From Candidatus Nitrosopumilus koreensis AR1 (lineage in GTDB: Archaea; Thermoproteota; Nitrososphaeria; Nitrososphaerales; Nitrosopumilaceae), in contig NC_018655.1 in NCBI RefSeq assembly GCF_000299365.1, forward strand, positions 810,001-842,000: a stretch of 32,000 nt of DNA, in the 5' to 3' direction. Within the stretch, counting starts at the first letter, position 1. Each line of letters begins with the position of its first letter. Positions 9,910 to 17,121 of this stretch are shown here, one piece after another. The position numbers and the translations under genes are program-made. The notes under the pieces were generated by a model, which made no database searches, had not been told where the DNA came from, and saw only the letters and a list, made by a program, of their open reading frames with translations.

Positions 9910-12127
9910 TAACTTCGGCTCCGTGGGACTTTCGCATAGATGCTAAACGCTTTTCTTTACCAGGTCTCACTACCAAAACATAAGCTGAAGCTAATAAATA
10001 AATTCCCAGTAAGACTATCTGGGCTACAACTGTTTCAAGGGTCGGATATATTCCAGTCATAGTTGCTAAATTAATATCCAATCTAGGAATAACACCTATC
10101 ATACCAGTGTAAGGGACAATTTCCAGCACTTGGAGTTCCCGGACAGCATTTCCTAAGAATGCTATTGACATGTATGCACCAACACCCATGGTCAATCCAA
10201 ATAATGCACGTAAAGGTAGTTTTCTTCCCAATTTTCTCATAACGTAATAAATCAAAAACAATGCACCCATGCCTGCAAGAAATCCTAGACCAACATATGC
10301 TTCCATATATTTTGCAAAGCCAGACATTGCCTGATAAAATAGAACAGTTTCAAATCCTTCTCGATATACGGTAAAGAATGACAACAAAACAAAAACCATC
10401 ACACTTCCTGTCGTTGTTGCTTGCCAGACTTTTGCTTTAACAAACTCCATCCATTTTTTATGTTCAATTTTATTCAAAACCCAGAAACTCACATAAAATA
10501 ACATTCCAGTAGCTGATAATGCTGCAATTGCTTCAATTAGCTCTCTATTTGCACCAGAGATTCCGATTACAAAGGATGCAATAAACCACGTTATGCCTGT
10601 AGCACCGATTGCTGCAACAATACCCCAGTAAACATGTTTTTTGAATCGATTGTTTCGTGACGCTTCCAGATATGTCAATATTGCACCCAGAATCAAAACG
10701 GATTCCAATCCTTCACGGAAGATGATTGCAAAGGATGATGAAAATGCAATTGCAGGTGCCAAAGTTCCAGTACCACTAACTAATCTTTCAGATTCATCCA
10801 TACTACGTTTGATAGCAATTGCAACTTCTTGGACTTGATCAAAATCAGCTTGTTCTTTGATCAGATTTCGTAATTGTGCAAATTGGAATTCAACCTCTAA
10901 AGTAAAATCAGGATCAATTGCACGTAAAGGAATTTCCACATATTCATAACTTTCGAGATATGCAGTCCTTGCAGAAGTGTAAGCTGATTGATAATCTTCG
11001 TTTTTGTATTGAACCAGCATTTCTTGAAGAGTGTCTCGAATAAAGTCAATCTCGCTTCTTACGCCTGATTTTTGGTCGTCAGTGGCATCACCCATTTCTT
11101 TAAGTTCTTTTTCAAGAGTAATGTTTGCCAGTCCTGCAGTTCCTAATTCTTGAACCTTTGCCTCAGCTGCACTAAGATCAGGCAAAATAGATTCTTCAAT
11201 GAATACTCTAATTACTCGAGGGTCTTGTTCATTTCTAATCATATCTCTTAATTCTTCTCGCATATCTAATTCTAAATCATACAATAATTGCGAGTCAACT
11301 TTCTCAATATCAGGTTCTAAATATTCAAAATTTTCAAGATATGCTTCAACACCTAAGTCTTCAGCTTTTTTATAATCTCCAGCATCAGTTGCGACAAGTA
11401 ATTCGCCATACAAACTTCGTATGTTTTCATAGAGTTTTTGTTTATCATATGCTACGGATTCATGACCTGCAAAATCTCGATTAATTGCAGTAATCAATGT
11501 GCCAACTGAGAGAAAGTCTTCTTTGTTGTTAATTTTATCTTTAAGTTCAACAAAAAACGAATTAATCTCTAATTGTAATCTTGCATCATAGTTTGTATTT
11601 GAAAATAATTCATAAGAGCGATTTACCAATTTTGAAGATAAATCATGCAAAGTCTGGTTTTCTTCAATTATTGCAATTTGATATTGTTCATCGACAATTG
11701 TTAACAGATATGCAATAGCTTTACCATAATTTGGATTATTAATTGAGTATTGAGGAAGTAATTTTTCAACTACTTCAATTTCAGAGATAATTTGTTGGTT
11801 ATCAATTGAACCTATTCCATTATGAATATCCAACAACATAATGTGAATCTCATCTGAAATTTCAGAATTATTTTGTCTTAAATTTTGTAAATGAGATGGA
11901 AAACTTTCAGCAGTAATTTTTGAAAGCAGTTTGGCATCTTCAATATGTCCAGCATTCAAATTCTCTTTGGTTAATTCCAATGTTTGAGAGACCAATTCAG
12001 ATACAATCAACGCCGAAGTGTCTGATTCAGAATAGTTTTGTGCATAAACATTGGTTTTTGGCACCAAAACAAGCACAATCAAACACAGAAAAAATAATCT
12101 AGCAAATTTCAACTGCGATGCAAACAA
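9902..12127 (-). CDS. FTR1/EfeU-family high-affinity iron permease with a large N-terminal extracytoplasmic helical domain
   Basis: 741 aa. Signal peptide FFLCLIVLVLVPKTNVYAQ. About 460 aa of acidic helical ectodomain, then a polytopic C-terminal half with two RExxE motifs: REGLE (10703-10717) and REGFE (10349-10363). TTG start at 12127 sits 25 nt after a TATA-like TTTAAATA. Confidence 0.85.
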   Translation of the reverse strand: MFASQLKFARLFFLCLIVLVLVPKTNVYAQNYSESDTSALIVSELVSQTLELTKENLNAGHIEDAKLLSKITAESFPSHLQNLRQNNSEISDEIHIMLLDIHNGIGSIDNQQIISEIEVVEKLLPQYSINNPNYGKAIAYLLTIVDEQYQIAIIEENQTLHDLSSKLVNRSYELFSNTNYDARLQLEINSFFVELKDKINNKEDFLSVGTLITAINRDFAGHESVAYDKQKLYENIRSLYGELLVATDAGDYKKAEDLGVEAYLENFEYLEPDIEKVDSQLLYDLELDMREELRDMIRNEQDPRVIRVFIEESILPDLSAAEAKVQELGTAGLANITLEKELKEMGDATDDQKSGVRSEIDFIRDTLQEMLVQYKNEDYQSAYTSARTAYLESYEYVEIPLRAIDPDFTLEVEFQFAQLRNLIKEQADFDQVQEVAIAIKRSMDESERLVSGTGTLAPAIAFSSSFAIIFREGLESVLILGAILTYLEASRNNRFKKHVYWGIVAAIGATGITWFIASFVIGISGANRELIEAIAALSATGMLFYVSFWVLNKIEHKKWMEFVKAKVWQATTTGSVMVFVLLSFFTVYREGFETVLFYQAMSGFAKYMEAYVGLGFLAGMGALFLIYYVMRKLGRKLPLRALFGLTMGVGAYMSIAFLGNAVRELQVLEIVPYTGMIGVIPRLDINLATMTGIYPTLETVVAQIVLLGIYLLASAYVLVVRPGKEKRLASMRKSHGAEVNV

Positions 12128-12170
12128 GATATTCGAAAATCTCTACTGTCTTTATTTAAAGCAGATTCTA

Positions 12171-12188
12171 ATTCTAAGTCTATAGAAT
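12171..12188 (-). promoter_or_regulatory. palindromic operator candidate ATTCTA-N6-TAGAAT, site A (upstream of the FTR1 permease)
   Basis: ATTCTAAGTCTATAGAAT. An extra half-site ATTCTA lies at 12165-12170. 10 nt separate the site from TATA-like 12153-12160, which lies 25 nt before TTG 12127. Confidence 0.55.
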
Positions 12189-12193
12189 GAAAA

Positions 12194-13744
12194 TTAAATC
12201 CTTAAACTTAATCTTGATTTTGATGTAATTGCTACAATACTAATGATTGAGACAACTAAAATCATAACTGCAATTGTTCCAAATTCAGGAACAACTTTTT
12301 TGGCAGAAGCCAAATCCATGAGAATTATATCAATTTGTGCATCTACTTCATCAGGAGAAGCATTATTTTTGATCATGTTTCTTAGATCTTCTCTCATATC
12401 AATTTCAATTTTTGACATTAATTCCATATCGACTTCTCCTAGAGGACCTTCAACAAATTCATAATTATCCAAGTATGCAGTACTCACTTGATCAAATGCC
12501 AATTGAGCATTTCCGTTTCTATAATTAACTTTTGCTTCATTGAGCAAGTATTCAATTTCATCAAAATATTCAAAAATATCAGTTTCAACTGCACCGCCAG
12601 CAAAACTTTCAAGATTTGCTATATTGTTGAGACTTTTTCCTACAAGAATACTAATTTTGGACGTACTGTCTTTTGATGAAATTATTTGTTCCATTTCAAT
12701 AAGATTAGAACCCAATGTTTGAGCATCAGATGGAGACAATTCCATTAATGCATCTTGGTTATCATCAAAGATTTCAGATGCTTTTGTTAAAAACGCAACA
12801 GTTTCATCATATTCTTCTTGATTAACTATTTGGCCATTTGTTACTGCATCAAGGTATTCAATTTCTACAAGATTAAGTCTATCTTTAATTCCAGATAACA
12901 CCAAACCTATTTCAGAAGAATCACTTCCTTCATATTCTCTAATAATTAAAGTGATTTCGTCAAGTACATGTTCAATTTCTTCTTTCATCATCTCTGAAGA
13001 TTTGTTTGACATTGTGATTTCTTTGATTTCATCCATCTCATGCAAAAGTTCTGCTGCTTTTTCAGCACCTAATTTTTCTTCAATTGCAGGATGCAGTGTT
13101 CTATAGTAATAATATCCCTCATATGCAAACTTTTGTGCATTTTTAACATCTCCTTCATCTAATGCAAAAATAGCTTCTTCAGGCTCTTCCAAGGTTTTAA
13201 GTTTAAAGATATCCAATAATCCCGATTTTAGAGAATCATAATATTCATCAATTTCATTAGGATCACTTGAAATTTCTTCAGCCATATGATGTAAGTCTGG
13301 ATATTTTTCAGATAGGCTAAATTTAGATTCTAAAACAGTAAACCAAGAAGAAAATGATTTGGAGTCTTTTGCATCTAATGCTTGCGCAACTTTAAGATAT
13401 GCAATTTTGTAAATTGTTTTATCAATAGCCTGTTTATTTAGAGATGCCATTTCAGTGTCACCAGAATTATGATTAGAAACAATCTCATCAAAAGCAGTTT
13501 CAATTATCAAATTACTTTCGGAATCTAATTCAATTGCTGCATCTTTGAAACTATTTTCATACGTTGCTCTTGCATCATTTACATGTGAAAGAGAATCTGA
13601 AACCGTTGATGCCTTTTCGCCATCAGAGAGAGAACTTTTGATAAAATTCCATTCATCTCCTAATGTTGCAGAAAATGCAATTGGTAAATATGCAACAAGT
13701 GAAATTACTAATAAAGCAAACATTACAGATTTTTGATTTTTCAC
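12194..13744 (-). CDS. secreted, PEFG-CTERM-anchored helical protein, paralogue of the FTR1 ectodomain
   Basis: Track ORF 12194-13765. C-terminus VVPEFGTIAVMILVVSIISIVAITSKSRLSLRI (12197-12289) has the PEFG + TM + basic tail sorting-signal architecture described for Thaumarchaeota. I place the start at GTG 13744, giving (M)KNQKSVMFALLVISLVAYLPIAFSA, a good signal peptide. TTG 13765 lies 1 nt after the TATA-like box and GTG 13744 lies 22 nt after it. ATG 13723 is also possible. Confidence 0.8.
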   Translation of the reverse strand: MKNQKSVMFALLVISLVAYLPIAFSATLGDEWNFIKSSLSDGEKASTVSDSLSHVNDARATYENSFKDAAIELDSESNLIIETAFDEIVSNHNSGDTEMASLNKQAIDKTIYKIAYLKVAQALDAKDSKSFSSWFTVLESKFSLSEKYPDLHHMAEEISSDPNEIDEYYDSLKSGLLDIFKLKTLEEPEEAIFALDEGDVKNAQKFAYEGYYYYRTLHPAIEEKLGAEKAAELLHEMDEIKEITMSNKSSEMMKEEIEHVLDEITLIIREYEGSDSSEIGLVLSGIKDRLNLVEIEYLDAVTNGQIVNQEEYDETVAFLTKASEIFDDNQDALMELSPSDAQTLGSNLIEMEQIISSKDSTSKISILVGKSLNNIANLESFAGGAVETDIFEYFDEIEYLLNEAKVNYRNGNAQLAFDQVSTAYLDNYEFVEGPLGEVDMELMSKIEIDMREDLRNMIKNNASPDEVDAQIDIILMDLASAKKVVPEFGTIAVMILVVSIISIVAITSKSRLSLRI

Positions 13745-13784
13745 AAGAACTGGCGTACTTTTCAAGTATTATAACTAAATTATG

Positions 13785-13802
13785 ATTCTAAGAATTTAGA
13801 AT
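13785..13802 (-). promoter_or_regulatory. palindromic operator candidate ATTCTA-N6-TAGAAT, site B (upstream of the PEFG-CTERM gene)
   Basis: ATTCTAAGAATTTAGAAT. 10 nt separate it from TATA-like 13767-13774 (minus-sense TTATAATA). Confidence 0.55.
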
Positions 13803-13818
13803 ATAAATACGGATTTTA

Positions 13819-14169
13819 TTATAATGAAGATTTTGGATTATCTGTATTAGGATACAAGTTCAAACTGGGTTCAAGGTTATCTAATGTAATCTCAACTTTA
13901 CCTATTCTACTACGATATAGTTTGATTTTTTTTCCTTCTCGTGAAATTATGTATTTATCTACTTCAGCTAATGCAAGAACCTCGAGATTAGAGAGAGTCT
14001 TGTAAACTGTTGAAAGAGAAAGTTTCAATTCATCTGCAATTTGGGTTGCATCTTTTGATTCATTTTTCACAGAAAACAAAACAGCCCGAGTACAAACATT
14101 GCTTAATGATTCAATAATTTTTTGAGTAATATCAAATTCTGATAATTGAATTATGTTTGGTTTTGACAT
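13819..14169 (-). CDS. winged-helix transcriptional regulator, ArsR/TrmB-like (paralogue 2 of a tandem pair)
   Basis: Track ORF 13819-14196, trimmed to ATG 14169 (MSKPNIIQLSEFDITQK...) by alignment with the upstream paralogue. HTH core ATQIADELKLSLSTVYKTLSNLE. 4-nt gap to the upstream gene. Confidence 0.75.
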   Translation of the reverse strand: MSKPNIIQLSEFDITQKIIESLSNVCTRAVLFSVKNESKDATQIADELKLSLSTVYKTLSNLEVLALAEVDKYIISREGKKIKLYRSRIGKVEITLDNLEPSLNLYPNTDNPKSSL

Positions 14170-14173
14170 ATCA

Positions 14174-14506
14174 TCACTTGTTTGGCAACAATACAAGAAC
14201 AGGTTCTGGTTTTTTTATAGATATATCCGCCTTGCTAATTCTGCTTCGGTACACTTTGTATTTTCTACCTTTGTCCGACAACATCCATTTTTCAACTTCA
14301 ATTAAGGTAAGTTCTTCAAGATCAGATAATTTTTTGTATACAGAACTAAGTGGAATTTTGAGTTTGTCAGAAAGTTCAGCCGCAGTATTTCCTTTTTTTA
14401 TGATTGAGAATAAGATTGCGCGAGATTCTGAATCAGCTAGTGCCTCAATTACTTTTTGAGTAATGTCATATTTTTTTAGTTGTGGCAAGGTTAATTTTCT
14501 GGACAT
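14174..14506 (-). CDS. winged-helix transcriptional regulator, ArsR/TrmB-like (paralogue 1 of a tandem pair)
   Basis: 110 aa. HTH core AAELSDKLKIPLSSVYKKLSDLE. Roughly 45 percent identical by eye to the downstream 116-aa protein over the full length (shared DITQK.IE.L, ILFS, VYK.LS.LE, K.YRSRI). Confidence 0.75.
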   Translation of the reverse strand: MSRKLTLPQLKKYDITQKVIEALADSESRAILFSIIKKGNTAAELSDKLKIPLSSVYKKLSDLEELTLIEVEKWMLSDKGRKYKVYRSRISKADISIKKPEPVLVLLPNK

Positions 14507-14555
14507 ATTGTTGAAAAGTTATTTAGATGTATTTAAAACTAGATGAATCATTCTC

Positions 14556-14573
14556 ATTCTAGAGATTTAGAAT
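14556..14573 (-). promoter_or_regulatory. palindromic operator candidate ATTCTA-N6-TAGAAT, site C (upstream of the tandem regulator genes)
   Basis: cATTCTAGAGATTTAGAATg, 7-bp arms. An extra half-site ATTCTC lies at 14550-14555. 18 nt separate the site from TATA-like 14530-14537, which lies 23 nt before ATG 14506. Confidence 0.55.
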
Positions 14574-14575
14574 GA

Positions 14576-15307
14576 TTAGCTATAATATTGAGTGGTTTCT
14601 TTTTTAGTAGAAAAACGGTTCCAAAACAAACCAAGTATTACACCAATGGATACCCAAAATGATGTAACTCCAAGAACAGACATGATTCGAAACTCGTTAA
14701 CTAATGTCATGGGGGCTGTAATTTCATCAGGGTTTTCTGGCATTGCAAAGAACACACCAGTGATAAAAATACCATAACCGAATAAAGCAAGGATTTTTTT
14801 ATTATTTTGTAATTTCTTTGATAATTGATAAAATCCTACTGCTCCAAATCCAGAAATTGCAATAAATGACAAATACAGGATTGCTCGCAATACAACAGTT
14901 TCTCCATCTCCAACAGTTGGAGGATTTGCAGGGTATTTTAAGAAAGGTATCAAGTAAAGAGTCAACCACATAATTCCTGCCAACACAAGTGATTTTTTGA
15001 GATCGTTATTTCCAGGCAAAGAATTTCTAGATAGTGCAAAGACTATTCCAAACAAAGAGCCAACAGAGACACCAAGAATTACTCCTGCAAGAATCTGGCC
15101 ACCTTTTTGCCATGCTCGATATCCCTCATATTCTACCCAAAATTCAGGCGTGTCTTCTTCTTCACCAGAAGCAAAGAGATTCTGGTTTTCAATTCCAATT
15201 GCTTGATCAAGATAGGGTTCTACAATTGCAAAATTAACTGTCCCATGAATAAGACCTGCAAAGGCACCCGAGATTAAAACAATTATGATAAAAAGAGATG
15301 TTTTCAT
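14576..15307 (-). CDS. cbtA: putative cobalt transporter subunit CbtA
   Basis: 243 aa. Signal/TM N-terminus, several TM helices and the LKYPANPPTVGD motif I associate with the CbtA family. Immediately downstream of cbtB. Confidence 0.75.
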   Translation of the reverse strand: MKTSLFIIIVLISGAFAGLIHGTVNFAIVEPYLDQAIGIENQNLFASGEEEDTPEFWVEYEGYRAWQKGGQILAGVILGVSVGSLFGIVFALSRNSLPGNNDLKKSLVLAGIMWLTLYLIPFLKYPANPPTVGDGETVVLRAILYLSFIAISGFGAVGFYQLSKKLQNNKKILALFGYGIFITGVFFAMPENPDEITAPMTLVNEFRIMSVLGVTSFWVSIGVILGLFWNRFSTKKETTQYYS

Positions 15308-15319
15308 GATTAAAGACTC

Positions 15320-15535
15320 CTAATGACAGGGAAATCCTGCAGCATGTCTCATATCATGAGTAAGTTCATGGATGTAAAGATCAGTAAATGCTTGTTCACC
15401 ATAAACTAGACTAAAGATGTGTCCTTGATCAAATCCAACAACAAACAATCCTGCTGCAAAGATTATACTCAATGCAATTATTGCAAGTTTAGGCACTTTT
15501 GTTTTTGACACATTAATTTGTCTTGTCTCAGACAT
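15320..15535 (-). CDS. cbtB: putative cobalt transporter subunit CbtB
   Basis: 71 aa. One TM helix and the C-terminal HDMRHAAGFPCH, matching the CbtB HD-x-RH-x2-GFPCH terminal signature. Confidence 0.8.
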   Translation of the reverse strand: MSETRQINVSKTKVPKLAIIALSIIFAAGLFVVGFDQGHIFSLVYGEQAFTDLYIHELTHDMRHAAGFPCH

Positions 15536-15676
15536 GATGATAGCATCTGATGAATGTATTTAAGCTCTTGGATGATTTATCCAATTTATAAAAGAGTAAA
15601 AATTTGAGACAGAAAAGTTGTCAGTATTTGATCGGACATACATGAATATTATTACACAATATTATATTCTCATAGT

Positions 15677-16411
15677 GTGAATAGCATAGAAAGGAAATTA
15701 AACAATATTGATTATAATCAACAAATTTCCAAAATCATTGAAAGCAAGTTAATCGAGATATACGGAGTGAATGGATACAGATCAATTTTAAAAACTATTA
15801 TAGAAAATTCAAAAATATCAGAAAAAGAAATTGTTTCAGATTTTGAGTTATTCTCAAGGTTAATTCAAAAAGTATTTGGGCAAATGGGGATTAAAAAAAT
15901 GCTTGACCCAATTGAACATGAAATAAAGAATTTGAATATAACAAAGAAGCAAGAAAAAAGATTGTTAATTGCAGATGATGAATCAAGTATTTTGAAATTA
16001 TATCAAGTGTGGTTAGAGCATGAACACAATTATGTTGTTACAGTAGAAAATGGAAGAAAATGCGTAGAGATATTTAAAACTGAAAGCATAGTTCATTCAA
16101 AAGATTATTTTGATGCAGTTATACTTGATCTAAAAATGCCAAACATGTCAGGTATTGATGTTGCAAAAGAAATTCTAAGAATTAATCCCTCACAAAGAAT
16201 AATTTTTGCATCAGGAAATATTGAAAAGCCAATTAGACAATCAATAGCAAATCTTGGCAAGTTGGTAGAAGTGATTGAAAAGCCATTTTCAGTAAAAGAA
16301 TTAGAAATAATGATAAAGCAAAAAACAATTTTAGAAAAATCAAAAAATGATGAATGTGATCAGAGGATAATCAAAGACAATAAAACAGAAGAATCTTTAA
16401 TTTTAAAATGA
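15677..16411 (+). CDS. response regulator: CheY-like receiver domain preceded by an uncharacterised ~95-aa N-terminal domain
   Basis: 244 aa. Receiver residues are intact: LLIADDE, AVILDLKMPNMSG (phospho-acceptor Asp), IIFASGN, EKPF. GTG start. No histidine kinase in the window. Confidence 0.85.
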   Translation: MNSIERKLNNIDYNQQISKIIESKLIEIYGVNGYRSILKTIIENSKISEKEIVSDFELFSRLIQKVFGQMGIKKMLDPIEHEIKNLNITKKQEKRLLIADDESSILKLYQVWLEHEHNYVVTVENGRKCVEIFKTESIVHSKDYFDAVILDLKMPNMSGIDVAKEILRINPSQRIIFASGNIEKPIRQSIANLGKLVEVIEKPFSVKELEIMIKQKTILEKSKNDECDQRIIKDNKTEESLILK

Positions 16412-16414
16412 GAA

Positions 16415-16422
16415 TTAATAAA
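16415..16422 (+). promoter_or_regulatory. TATA-like box 21 nt upstream of ATG 16444 (leaderless geometry)
   Basis: TTAATAAA. The same box-to-start spacing of 20-25 nt recurs at 12153-12160 (-), 13767-13774 (-), 14530-14537 (-), 15556-15563 (-), 17793-17800 (+), 20479-20486 (+) and 24634-24641 (+). AT-rich octamers are common in this DNA, so each call is individually weak. Confidence 0.35.
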
Positions 16423-16443
16423 TTTTAGATATCTCAGGGTATA

Positions 16444-17086
16444 ATGGGTAAAAACAACTGAAAAAAATATTCAAACACTGCAAAACATCGTATCAAGAAA
16501 AGGTTCTAGCAAAGTACTCACATTCAGCATTCCACATGTATTCAAAGCATTACAATTACTATCAGACCAAAAGTTTGTGAGTCGAGCAACTTTTGGAAAA
16601 GAAATTCATTTGGGGGAAGGTGCAGTAAAAACACTGATTTCACACCTAAAAGAGGCAGAAATGATCAAGTCAGTAAGATCAGGGAATTTTCTCACAGACA
16701 AAGGAAAAAAATTTACATCACAATTACAAAAAACTATTCCAAATGAATGCATGATTGGAAAAAACAGTCTAACTCAGAGTAAAAACAATCATGCAGTTAT
16801 TCTCAAAAAATATGCTGCTGCAGTAAATACAGGATTAGAACAAAGAGATTATGCTATAATGTATGGTTCATCAGGTTGCATAACACTCGTATTTAAAAAC
16901 GACAAATTTGTTTTCCCCAAAGAAGATAAGGATTGTCTATCCAAAGATAAAAAGACAAAACAAATTCTTTTAGAAAAATTAAACCCATCAGACGGAGACA
17001 TAGTCATTATTTCATCATCTGATGATCCATTTGTTGCAGAAATATCTGCCAAAAATTCTGCACTTTGGACGATTGCTACAAATTAA
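16444..17086 (+). CDS. DUF4443-like wHTH regulator; 5-prime end frameshifted relative to its ATG (track ORF starts at GTG 16577)
   Basis: The frame of track ORF 16577-17086 stays open upstream to 16445 and encodes ...KVLTFSIPHVFKALQLLSDQKFVSRATFGKEIHLGEGAVKTLISHLKEAEMI, a complete wHTH, but has no ATG, GTG or TTG. ATG 16444 is one nt out of frame and sits 21 nt after TATA-like TTAATAAA. Removing one A from the A5 run at 16450-16454 gives MGKTTEKNIQ... in frame. Confidence 0.65.
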
Positions 17087-17121
17087 AGAAGACTTTTACT
17101 TGCATTCAAAAAAAATCCTAC

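Noticed and set aside
10641-15237. Ten + strand track ORFs antisense to the FTR1, PEFG, regulator and cbtA genes (10641-10838, 11920-12102, 12243-12464, 12488-12676, 12540-12722, 13545-13736, 14157-14459, 14592-14777, 14997-15206, 15034-15237)
   Set aside because: Each overlaps a longer minus-strand gene with clear domain features. They are typical long shadow ORFs in AT-rich DNA.
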